Assembly: GCA_002788675.1 (NCBI GenBank)
Contig: PFRS01000005.1
Coordinates: 67,731-131,730, forward strand
Reading direction: 5' to 3'
Length of the DNA stretch: 64,000 nt
Source of the DNA: Candidatus Pacebacteria bacterium CG_4_9_14_0_2_um_filter_40_15
GTDB lineage: Bacteria; Patescibacteriota; Microgenomatia; UBA1400; PJMF01
The stretch's first letter is position 1. Every line of letters begins with the position of its first letter. The notes under the pieces are model-generated. The model saw only the letters and a program-made list of their open reading frames with translations, was not told the DNA's origin and did no database searches. Below are positions 9,617 through 18,503 of this stretch, one piece after another. Position numbers and translations under genes: made by a program.

Positions 9617-10452
9617 CTACTCACCACACTTCACACAAATATGTTCAAAGTATCCACCAATGCTAATTTGAGCACCATATTTCTCTTTATTTTTTTTAAC
9701 CCATCGGCTTATCCACTCATCTTTATTTGAAAAAATATCGGGAATGCTTAAAAGAAGTATGCCGTGATTACGATTCACTCTATCCATAAGTTCACTAAAT
9801 AGCTGATCAAAAAGAACGGCATACTTTAATAATTCTCTATTAGTTAGATTTCTGTTATCAGGGTTTTCTCGCTCATTCACTAAGTGTGAAACTGAGAATG
9901 GGCCGGCAGGACGACAGACAATACATCATAAGATGGAATATTTCTACTTTCCATATCTTTGGATAAATCTTGCCAAGTTTCTTTATCATATACTGAGCCA
10001 TACACACCTTTTCTTTTTTCGCTTTCTTGAAGAGCCTGTAATTTCTTCTGTGTGGTTTGTAGTTCGATAGCTGAAGCTGTGCCTTGTCGACTGGCGATTT
10101 TTTCTTCAAGATGCAAACTATAATCATCATCTACATCTGCAAGACGCATTGCTGTCATGCTATCAATAGTATCTTACTCATCGGGCTGGATAAAATAACC
10201 GCCCCCCATAACATCAAGTATGTGTGCAGAGCCATGAGCAGCTTTTATGTTTTTTATGAGATCAAGTAAATCTATATATCCAAGTAACTGTAGACTTTCA
10301 GTAAACTCTTGACTATATGATCCAATACCAGTAACACGATCTAACCCATCTACTGGCCATATATCACTGGGTTGACTTCGTACTCTTTCAACGCTTCTTA
10401 CTAGTTTCTGAGGAAAATACTTTTCTGGAATTACTGGTTCTTTGTCAGACAT
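9617..10452 (-). pseudogene. Disrupted SAM-dependent methyltransferase-like gene (one in-frame stop, one frameshift)
   Basis: ORFs 10174-10452 and 9880-10158 share a frame separated by TAA (ILDVMGGGYFIQPDE*DTIDSMTAMRL); adding one base near 9920 joins YDV to VCRPAGPF...VNERENP in the 9617-9880 frame. Confidence 0.75.
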
Positions 10453-10459
10453 AAATGTA

Positions 10460-11089
10460 TCAATAAATAAGGTACTTTACTCCTATTAACAATGTTGATA
10501 TGACATTCGCAAAAAGTACAAATAAAAGCAATGCTCTTCTATTATTCTCTTTTAAGAAAAATTGAATAAACGTATATTCAAATAAAAGGACGAATAACTC
10601 GTAGACTGCTATTCCAATATTGACATATTTAACGTCAGTGATGAAAAGAGTTAATATATATACCAACGATAAAGATAAGATATTAGAAATTGCTACCACA
10701 GTTAACTTAAGCACTGACCGATACTTTAAAAGAAAGAAGAGAGAGGTTTCAACAAAAACTGTTATAAAAAGAAAAGGAAAAAGATTTTTTAGATGTTCAA
10801 ACACAAATGTGGCAATATTGGGATGAATTAAACAGTATCTTTCTTCACCCCCAAATGAAGAACCGTGACCTGTGAGATACACGTACTCAGGATTATTTTC
10901 ATATTGTTCACACTCATCCATTATTTTAGGTCCAAAGGCTTGTTCAGACTTATAGGTACACTCAACTTGAAGTTGATCTGCAGCACAATGTAATTCAAAC
11001 CAGTCTGGATTGATCACATCGGCTTTTACTGATGCAGGTAGCATCAAAAAACTGAGTGACAATGCAAAAATTAAAAAGTATTTTTTCAT
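10460..11089 (-). CDS. Hypothetical membrane protein with signal peptide, Cys-containing ectodomain and about four C-terminal TM helices
   Basis: 209-aa ORF; MKKYF...VKA signal peptide; hydrophobic C-terminal half. Confidence 0.8.
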   Translation of the reverse strand: MKKYFLIFALSLSFLMLPASVKADVINPDWFELHCAADQLQVECTYKSEQAFGPKIMDECEQYENNPEYVYLTGHGSSFGGEERYCLIHPNIATFVFEHLKNLFPFLFITVFVETSLFFLLKYRSVLKLTVVAISNILSLSLVYILTLFITDVKYVNIGIAVYELFVLLFEYTFIQFFLKENNRRALLLFVLFANVISTLLIGVKYLIY

Positions 11090-11124
11090 ATATCAAATAG
11101 AGTTATTCTTGTTAAAACTAACCG

Positions 11125-12294
11125 CTAATTATTAATTGATCCTAATTGCAATGGCTTTACATCAGCAGTAAGCAGGAGTGTATTTATATACTCAGAAATC
11201 ATTGCTTTAAGATCTTCTTGATCAACTGATACTCCTTCTTCAAACGCAACCCAAGGGTCGTTAACCTCTAGATCATCTCCAAATCTACTGCTCCAATTTG
11301 GGGTATCGCGAATTATTTCAAGAACTCGAGCCTCCTCTTTGAGTGCAGCACCTTCTGGTCTGATTAAACCCCAACTATATCGTAATTCATCGGCTATTTG
11401 TAAATGTTTACTTCTAAGCACCTGTTTACCATGTTGCTCAGAAATTGAATGTCGATTAACAACAAGATGAGACAAATGCATCTCTTTCTCACCTTTTGGA
11501 ATAAAATATTTTGCGGTAAAAAGTGGTAAACCATTTTTAGTATCATTAAAAGAAAATGCGAGAGTGTCACCCTTAAAATCGCTATTTAAACGAAAAGATA
11601 AATATCCAATTTCATTAGAAGTTATGATCTCACCTGTGTTTTGTCTTGGCGCCCCCTCTATTAAGGGTAATTGTTGCAAACCCTCAGTAAGCACGTGTCC
11701 AATTTCTTCGTAAATTTGTCCTGCAGGTTGTTGTGGGGCAATAAGTGTTTCTTTTATTAAAGCTGCCTTTGCACCAAATTTTCCATCTAAAGATAAGCTT
11801 GAAGTTGAAGGAAGTGGCACAGTATTATTTCGGTTTCTGTACTTATCCCGCACACTATTTTCAGCAGCATGTATTGCTGCAATTATGCTTTCGCTTGAAC
11901 TAAAATCTCCCAAATATGAAACAAAGTCATTAAAGGGAATTCTAAAAGTTGTCCCATAAAAATGTATTTCTCCACCGACTTCAGTCATAGACCCTAAATG
12001 ATCCACCGTTCTCTCTTTGTTTGGAACAGCAAATGCTACTGTATTGCATTGCCCGTCAACCGCAAAATATAAAGTACCTGCTCTATCAATGTTAGTAACT
12101 TCAATCCAAGTCGGTTGAGCTGATGGCGACAGATTTTCAAGAAGTGTATGTAAATCAGCTGGAGATAAATCTTCAAATGTTTTTCTATCATACTGTGCCA
12201 GCAAGGTTTGTTTTTCGTCTTCAATAATTTCGCCAGAGGTTATTACTCTTTCATCACCCTGAATAGTCACAATTTCATTTATTTGTTCTGTCAT
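11125..12294 (-). CDS. Hypothetical protein (389 aa)
   Basis: Long ORF with no recognisable motif; TATACT lies 7 nt before the ATG. Confidence 0.8.
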   Translation of the reverse strand: MTEQINEIVTIQGDERVITSGEIIEDEKQTLLAQYDRKTFEDLSPADLHTLLENLSPSAQPTWIEVTNIDRAGTLYFAVDGQCNTVAFAVPNKERTVDHLGSMTEVGGEIHFYGTTFRIPFNDFVSYLGDFSSSESIIAAIHAAENSVRDKYRNRNNTVPLPSTSSLSLDGKFGAKAALIKETLIAPQQPAGQIYEEIGHVLTEGLQQLPLIEGAPRQNTGEIITSNEIGYLSFRLNSDFKGDTLAFSFNDTKNGLPLFTAKYFIPKGEKEMHLSHLVVNRHSISEQHGKQVLRSKHLQIADELRYSWGLIRPEGAALKEEARVLEIIRDTPNWSSRFGDDLEVNDPWVAFEEGVSVDQEDLKAMISEYINTLLLTADVKPLQLGSINN

Positions 12295-12484
12295 GCTTTT
12301 CAGTATATCTTCTTTAAAATAAAAAAGGAATTAGTTAACACATGCAGCGAGTTTATTTAGTTGTTCAAGCGTTTGTAAGGCAATTTGCAGCATTCATGCA
12401 ACCCTTGCAACAACTTGAGAGCTTGGTCCTGATTTCAAGTGATCCAAATAGGACGCATAAAATACCACAACTCAGAAACGGTAG

Positions 12485-14206
12485 TTACTCTAAATCATCA
12501 ACACATAATCGCTGCAGTGCAGCTTTTTGAGTCTCAGTTACTTTGTTTGAATCATATACTCGCAAGGCAACCTTATCTTTTGGCAAATAACGAGTGAGAT
12601 GATAATACATTTTATCTGGAGTAAACACTTTTTCTGGCAAGACCACTCCATCTGGCTCAGATGAAATCACCAGTACATTCTCCTTTTTGAGCAAACAAGG
12701 AGCTTCTGGTTCCTTGATGGTCGTGATTGAAAAATTTTCCAGCTGCCCAATACCATTAATACTATTCACGTCTCGATCAGCTGCTGCAGCTTGGACTACT
12801 TCAGGATTAATCAGATTGTACCAAGCTAAAAAGATGTATACCTGCGTATCACCTTCGCTAATATAGATTTGGTTATAGTCATCTTTTTGAGCATACAAAT
12901 CGACCATAGCCTCCGAATAAAAACCATGCCAGTAAGCTTCAGATTCTTCAGGAAAGAATAAATAATAGTCTCGCAAATAGACTAAATTTGCAAAAATAAG
13001 TATTCCAATAATACCCACTCTAATACTCCCTGAGAGAACTACTGTAGGTACTTTTTGCAGTAACTCAAAAACAATTTCAATTCCCAGCACAATAAAATAT
13101 GAAAGTGCAGGCAGCATCAGTAACGCTCTATTTCCATTTGGTGCACTAATGCTTAGACTTGAAGGAATTGGTGACGCAATGAGCCATACAAAGAAAAACC
13201 ACCAGAGTCCTTTTCTTTTTTTTGAAAATAACCCCAGCAATAAAAAGGGAATAAAAACACTCAACATATAACCTGCGTGCGAAAATGAAAATGCAGGACT
13301 TTGATTATTATTTTTTAAGAGAAATTCAGGACTAAAGTGACTCATATACTGTGTAATAAAGGTATTACTAATGTAGATTCCTTTATTATGAAACACTCTA
13401 ATAAATGGCAAGCCCGTCACCACACTTCTATAAATCCCTTGTTCAACTTCACTGGTAGCAACTTGAGCATCCCAGAAAAAGACTTTTCTTGCTCTATCAC
13501 CTGCGCTTGATGTTAATGTTGAAGCAAGTATCACCGCTATCGAAAGAGCAGCAACTACTATAACTACACCGTTACTCTGAAGATACTTTTTGAGTTCTTT
13601 CTTTGGATACAAGAATACTTCATGCAAAATAATAAGAACTGGAATGAATACTCGAGCAGAATTGTAGGTATACATAGCTATTGTAAAGAAAAGAATACCT
13701 AGTAATCGCTTTTTAAGTGATTTTACTTCACCAAAGAAAGCTAATCCCATCAGCATAAAACTGAGTGAAACCATGGGATCAAACGCTATGCGACTATAAT
13801 GCATGTGCCAAGGAGAAAGCGCTAACACTACTGCACCCACAATTGCTGCAAACACTCCCGATTTTTTCTTTAAAAAGAAATAGAAACCAACAATTCCTAA
13901 ACTTGCTAAAAGTACCACTGGCAAACGTGCCGAGAACTCAGAAACAGAAAAAGTTTTAAAAAAAGGAATCATGGCATAACTGAGTAATGCTGGCTTATAA
14001 TCACCAAACGCTTTTAGAAACAAAGGATGTGAGATATTCCATTCGTCTTTGCCGGTGAGCATGATTGAATAAGCGTTATATGCGTATGAAGCTTCATCCC
14101 ATTGAAATCCCCAGGGTATATCGCCCAAAAGAAACACTCGTAACACCAATGCAAAAATAAAAATACCTAGAGGTAACCAAAATTTTTCTAGTATTTTTGT
14201 ATGCAT
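12485..14206 (-). CDS. GT-C glycosyltransferase (GT39/PMT/ArnT-like)
   Basis: WDEASYAYNAYSI, GDYKP, SARLP and SPWHMHYSR motifs; polytopic membrane protein. Confidence 0.88.
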   Translation of the reverse strand: MHTKILEKFWLPLGIFIFALVLRVFLLGDIPWGFQWDEASYAYNAYSIMLTGKDEWNISHPLFLKAFGDYKPALLSYAMIPFFKTFSVSEFSARLPVVLLASLGIVGFYFFLKKKSGVFAAIVGAVVLALSPWHMHYSRIAFDPMVSLSFMLMGLAFFGEVKSLKKRLLGILFFTIAMYTYNSARVFIPVLIILHEVFLYPKKELKKYLQSNGVVIVVAALSIAVILASTLTSSAGDRARKVFFWDAQVATSEVEQGIYRSVVTGLPFIRVFHNKGIYISNTFITQYMSHFSPEFLLKNNNQSPAFSFSHAGYMLSVFIPFLLLGLFSKKRKGLWWFFFVWLIASPIPSSLSISAPNGNRALLMLPALSYFIVLGIEIVFELLQKVPTVVLSGSIRVGIIGILIFANLVYLRDYYLFFPEESEAYWHGFYSEAMVDLYAQKDDYNQIYISEGDTQVYIFLAWYNLINPEVVQAAAADRDVNSINGIGQLENFSITTIKEPEAPCLLKKENVLVISSEPDGVVLPEKVFTPDKMYYHLTRYLPKDKVALRVYDSNKVTETQKAALQRLCVDDLE

Positions 14207-14353
14207 AGGTACCAATCTAACACTCTTTTCTAAAATGTAGATCTATCTTATCAGTCTTTTATCTATCTAGTCGAGAAGCATAACCAAAAATCTGTCACAA
14301 CAATCTTTATTGCCCATTGACCGCTTCGGGTTTGCTTAGTGTAGTATGGAAGC

Positions 14354-14599
14354 ATGTACCAAACAATACACGAACCTATCTGGGTAGTTGGCATCTACAA
14401 AAATGCACAATTTATTCCTAAGAAGTTCAAGTGGAAAGATCAAGAACTCTACATTTCTGAAATCACCCTTTCCAATAACGTCAAAGACGGCGCTATTCTT
14501 AAGCGGTGGTACAGTGTTATAGCAGAAAATAATCTGTACCGGATCGAGTTCAATCGCACATCAGAACAGTGGCAGTTACTAGAAATTTGGGTGGAGTAA
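14354..14599 (+). CDS. Small beta-rich protein (DUF6504-like) immediately upstream of the Y-family polymerase
   Basis: PKKFKW...YSV...YRIEF...WQL pattern; stop codon lies 2 nt before the dinB ATG. Confidence 0.7.
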   Translation: MYQTIHEPIWVVGIYKNAQFIPKKFKWKDQELYISEITLSNNVKDGAILKRWYSVIAENNLYRIEFNRTSEQWQLLEIWVE

Positions 14600-14601
14600 A
14601 C

Positions 14602-15834
14602 ATGGAAAAAACTATTCTACATGTCGATATCAACTCCTACTTTGCCACTATGCTTCAGCAGGAAAATCCAGCCCTTCGTGGCGTGCCGGTAGGTGTTGTT
14701 AAAGATGCAGGCAGGACTTGCCTTATTGCGACAAGTAAAGAAGCCAAGCTGCAGGGTGTTTCAACCGGATTTAGAAAAAAAGATGCACTCCAAATCTGCC
14801 CTAACATTATCTGTGTCCCAGCTTCATTCGAAAGATACCTAGACACCACCAAACGCCTGCAAAAGGTCTTTGCCAGTATCTCACCCTCCATCTATATATA
14901 CTCGCTCGATGAAGCATTTATCGACATTACCGACTGTCGCAAACACCTCTATCCCGATGTGCACCTCCTTGGAAAAAATATTCAAGAACACATTAAAAAT
15001 GAGCTTGGTAGTTGGGTTACCTGCAATGTTGGCATTGCCAACAACCGACTTATGGCAAAAATGGCCAGTGAAGTTGCTCCCAAGGGGGACATTATTGAAG
15101 TAACTTCCAAAAACAAAGAAGCACTCTTGGCTTCCACTCCTTTTAAAGATGTCTGTGGCATTGGGTATGGGCTCTCAAAAAAATTGGCTCTCTATAACGT
15201 GTACTATCCTTACCAAATTAGATTCATTCCCGAAGATGAACTGCTGGCACTCGTAGGACCATTCTGGGCCACAGAACTCCAGAAAATTGCGTACGGTGAA
15301 GAGCCACATGGCCTCTCACAACTCGACAGAGAGCAACCCCATATGAAAAGTGTTGGACGATCGATAACAGGGTATCGTCTTTACTCTGATCCAACTGAAA
15401 TTAAGCATATTTTACGTAATCTCTCACTTGAAATTATAGAAAAGGTAAGAACTATGCACCTAGCTGGTAGACATATCAGCATTGGCCTGTATGGCCAAGC
15501 TGACTCTTGGTCGACGCACATAACTCTACAATCACCCACTAATCATGTTTTTGAGTTACTCACTCAAGTAGACAAACTCTATGATCAATGGGACCACTCA
15601 TTTAAAGTTATTAAGTTTTCAGTTCGACTTTCACTACTGCATCCGCAGCAACAGGATCAGCTGCTACCTGCATGGCAGAAACTGGAATCTGTACAAAAAG
15701 CATTGGATACCATTAATTCTAAATATGGACGTTTTACCGCTCACCCTGCAGCAGTTCCGGCTCAAAAGGACCTGATCCATCCTGAAGTAACTGGATTTCT
15801 GGGAGATCGTCTGTATCAGCTGAGCACAGAATAA
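14602..15834 (+). CDS. dinB: Y-family DNA polymerase (DinB/Pol IV-like)
   Basis: ILHVDINSYFA, ATSKEAK, YSLDEAFID, CGIG and little-finger KSVGRSIT motifs. Confidence 0.9.
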   Translation: MEKTILHVDINSYFATMLQQENPALRGVPVGVVKDAGRTCLIATSKEAKLQGVSTGFRKKDALQICPNIICVPASFERYLDTTKRLQKVFASISPSIYIYSLDEAFIDITDCRKHLYPDVHLLGKNIQEHIKNELGSWVTCNVGIANNRLMAKMASEVAPKGDIIEVTSKNKEALLASTPFKDVCGIGYGLSKKLALYNVYYPYQIRFIPEDELLALVGPFWATELQKIAYGEEPHGLSQLDREQPHMKSVGRSITGYRLYSDPTEIKHILRNLSLEIIEKVRTMHLAGRHISIGLYGQADSWSTHITLQSPTNHVFELLTQVDKLYDQWDHSFKVIKFSVRLSLLHPQQQDQLLPAWQKLESVQKALDTINSKYGRFTAHPAAVPAQKDLIHPEVTGFLGDRLYQLSTE

Positions 15835-16033
15835 ACCCATAATTATTGAATAATCTAGCAGGATGCAGTATACTACCGCCTTCTTTCGTACTTGCCTGCA
15901 ACACATGCAAAAAGCACGTACAAAAGATTTTCTTTAACATGTCGCTCTGTTTTTTAAAAACTGGGCTGCTCATTTAGGAGATACAACTGTGTATCTCTTA
16001 TATTAGGCAGTCTAGTTTTAGGAGAAATAAGTT

Positions 16034-16534
16034 ATGAAAATGAAACATCTTTTTTTGTTAGTAGTGGTAATTTTTATCATGGCAGGATGCCAGGCAGCTG
16101 ATGCATTTGAAGCAAGTGCAACAGCAATTGCTTCGACACCGCAGCCAACCACCACAACGTTCCCTCCAACCACGACTCCAGTTGTCCCTGTTTGGTCAGA
16201 ACCAATAGAAGTTGGGCGAGGTCAAGTAGTTTCACTAACTTACCTGAAGGGTAATGGTGAAACTGTGGCCATTAAACTGGATGATCATTTGCGTCCAGGA
16301 GAGCAACTAAACTGCTTTCCATTAGACGTGGCACACAACATGCCTGGATATATCCAGACACCCGAACGCTGCCAAACAGAGCCGGCCGTGCATTTTCTTA
16401 AGTTTACGACGAACGTGAATGCCCAGGCCCCATCTGAAATACCCGTGAAAATTGAAATTTTGGCGGGACTAAACTCCATGAAGGTGTCATTTGACACTAA
16501 TCAATGGAGTCTTTTATCAGTTAGCCCAGAATAA
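16034..16534 (+). CDS. Putative lipoprotein with Pro/Thr-rich linker
   Basis: Lipobox IMAG-C; ATAIASTPQPTTTTFPPTTTP linker; SD AGGAG. Confidence 0.8.
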   Translation: MKMKHLFLLVVVIFIMAGCQAADAFEASATAIASTPQPTTTTFPPTTTPVVPVWSEPIEVGRGQVVSLTYLKGNGETVAIKLDDHLRPGEQLNCFPLDVAHNMPGYIQTPERCQTEPAVHFLKFTTNVNAQAPSEIPVKIEILAGLNSMKVSFDTNQWSLLSVSPE

Positions 16535-16542
16535 TTGATTGC

Positions 16543-16574
16543 TGTGTGGGGGCGCACGCGTGCGCCCCCACACA
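16543..16574. repeat. Perfect 32-bp GC-rich palindrome (REP-like or terminator)
   Basis: TGTGTGGGGGCGCACG|CGTGCGCCCCCACACA. Confidence 0.85.
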
Positions 16575-16641
16575 CTTCATCACTTCTCAAAAAATAGAGC
16601 GACATACATACTCATCCCCTACAGTTTGCTACAATATAAAA

Positions 16642-17223
16642 ATGCAATCATCATCCATTGAAATTAATACGTATACTTCTCTCAACCCTAAACAGTTAAA
16701 CGAGATTTCCCTTTTCAAAAAAGAGAACCCCGGGATGCGGAACGCAACACGCACTTTTGAAGAAATACAAACACACGGTGATAAGTATTGCAGTGATGCC
16801 GATATCAAAAAATGGATTCTAGCTACAAAAAATGACCAAATTGTAGGGATAATAGCCGTTTTCCAACGAACTATCACGTTTCAGAACACAGACGTTCTAC
16901 TCGGTGGAATTGGTAAAGTGAGAGTAGCCGTAAACCAGCGAAAACAAGGCATTGCCAGTAAAATGATGAAAGCTGCTATGCAAGAACTGGATACACAAAA
17001 AGCTGAAGTTGCCTATTTGTGCACAAATTTAGATTCTTTTTTAGCAGAGTGGTACGGTAACTATGGTTTTGTTCCACTAGCTAAGCCATATACCTATCTT
17101 GGACTCAGTGGAAAAAAATACACCGAAACAGATGGCATGATTGCTCCAATTACCTCTCAGAAGATTTACGAAATGATACTCACCAGCTCTGAAATACTTA
17201 ATCTGGGAACCGGGAATTGGTAA
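16642..17223 (+). CDS. GNAT family N-acetyltransferase (AAC(2')/Eis-like)
   Basis: GGIGKVRV...QRKQGIA acetyl-CoA motif, WYGNYGF and C-terminal GNW; ATG at 16642. Confidence 0.85.
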   Translation: MQSSSIEINTYTSLNPKQLNEISLFKKENPGMRNATRTFEEIQTHGDKYCSDADIKKWILATKNDQIVGIIAVFQRTITFQNTDVLLGGIGKVRVAVNQRKQGIASKMMKAAMQELDTQKAEVAYLCTNLDSFLAEWYGNYGFVPLAKPYTYLGLSGKKYTETDGMIAPITSQKIYEMILTSSEILNLGTGNW

Positions 17224-17236
17224 TCAAAAAAAACTC

Positions 17237-18013
17237 TTAAAAAAGTGTTACTGAAAATTTTGATGATGCCCAAACTTTTTCCTGCTCTAAAATCAAAAAT
17301 GCAACGTCAAATTGCTCCGCACATTTTTCAACTAACTCAAGCGGCACGATATTAAGCAACGTTGCTAACCCATCCGCCGTCTGCGCATTTTGTGCTAAAG
17401 TAAACACCGAACGTTCAGAAAGAATCGATGTACCTGTCTTCAAATCAATCAGATGATTACTACTATTCCAACTTCGTTTAAAAGGGCTCGAAGCAGCGAG
17501 AGCTTGGCTCTGTAGTTCTACAGTACCAATAGCTGTGTCAAACTCTTTAGGGTGTTCAAGCGCAACAGTCCAGGGTTTGCCCGAAGCTTTTTGGGTCGCA
17601 AAAATATCTCCCCCAGCGTTAACAAGAAAATAGCTATATCCAGATGTTTTCAAGTACTCAGAGACAATATCAATAAGCCTTCCTTTCCCAAAAGCACCAA
17701 AATCAATACCTTGAATTCCTTGTCCATACCCCATTTCACCTAGGTGTTTACCAACAGCACAAGAAAAATGACCCTCAGAAACATTTTGAAGCTTGGTACC
17801 AAACGCAAGTAACGCGAAAAATTCAGAGTTCAAAGGAATACTAGCATCAGCATTATATTTACTCACAAGACTGCTTGGCTTAAATCGAGAAAAACTATTT
17901 TCAAAATCTTGAACAAGTGCAATCACTTGCTTTGAAACAGATTCAAAATCAAAGGACTCATCAAAAAGGATCCGCCACTGTGTTCCAAGAGCATCAAAGA
18001 TAATTGGAGGCAT
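17237..18013 (-). CDS. apbE: FAD:protein FMN transferase (ApbE family), no evident signal peptide
   Basis: ALGT, FSRFKPSS, IDFGAFGKG, VNAGGD, HLID and ADGLAT motifs. Confidence 0.9.
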   Translation of the reverse strand: MPPIIFDALGTQWRILFDESFDFESVSKQVIALVQDFENSFSRFKPSSLVSKYNADASIPLNSEFFALLAFGTKLQNVSEGHFSCAVGKHLGEMGYGQGIQGIDFGAFGKGRLIDIVSEYLKTSGYSYFLVNAGGDIFATQKASGKPWTVALEHPKEFDTAIGTVELQSQALAASSPFKRSWNSSNHLIDLKTGTSILSERSVFTLAQNAQTADGLATLLNIVPLELVEKCAEQFDVAFLILEQEKVWASSKFSVTLF

Positions 18014-18028
18014 GTGTACTTTTATAGA

Positions 18029-18457
18029 TTAAAACTGAGCAACAGCATCTTTAAATGCTTGAGTTGTATTACTTGCTCCAGCAACAGTATCAATTTGAGC
18101 GAGTTCAGCAACTTTTTTACCCACAAATGTTTGCTTCATCTCAGAGATAAATTTTTCTTGATACAGCTTACTCGCTTCATTGGTAGTATCAATGGTCATC
18201 TCAAAGCTTGTTACCGTACTGCCATCTACACCAAGAGTAATGGTGTTTGTTTCGTCACCAGCTGGAGAAACATAGGCGACCTCGATAGAAAACATGTCAC
18301 CATCTTTTGTCCAAGGACTTTCTGCGACTTCAACCTGCTCTGTTTCAGCCGGCTTCATGAAAGTAGATAAAATAGAGCTATCACTAATTGAAATGCCCAA
18401 AAAAACGCTTACAACAATAACTAAGATTGCACTAAACATCCACACATTTTTTGACAT
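18029..18457 (-). CDS. Membrane-anchored FMN-binding (flavinylation substrate) protein
   Basis: N-terminal TM helix; C-terminal IDTVAGASNTT matches the DxxxGA[ST] flavinylation motif; adjacent to apbE. Confidence 0.85.
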   Translation of the reverse strand: MSKNVWMFSAILVIVVSVFLGISISDSSILSTFMKPAETEQVEVAESPWTKDGDMFSIEVAYVSPAGDETNTITLGVDGSTVTSFEMTIDTTNEASKLYQEKFISEMKQTFVGKKVAELAQIDTVAGASNTTQAFKDAVAQF

Positions 18458-18503
18458 AGCTTTACTCCTTTTATTTAGGTCTGAATTTCATTATAGTATG
18501 TTT

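Noticed and set aside
10174-10176. Programmed stop read-through in the methyltransferase-like gene
   Set aside because: The stop is TAA and a separate frameshift occurs downstream, so decay or sequencing error is simpler.
14216-14353. LexA/SOS box upstream of the dinB cassette
   Set aside because: No GAAC-N4-GTTC or CTGT-N8-ACAG site was found; any operator would be a motif I cannot recognise.
16546-16641. N-terminal extension of the GNAT ORF (MGAHACAPTH...)
   Set aside because: Arises from the GC-rich palindrome; the ATG at 16642 follows an extended -10 box.
18294-18497. N-terminal extension of the RnfD-like ORF overlapping the FMN-binding gene
   Set aside because: It is the antisense shadow of the 18029-18457 gene; the plausible start is 18498 or 18504.
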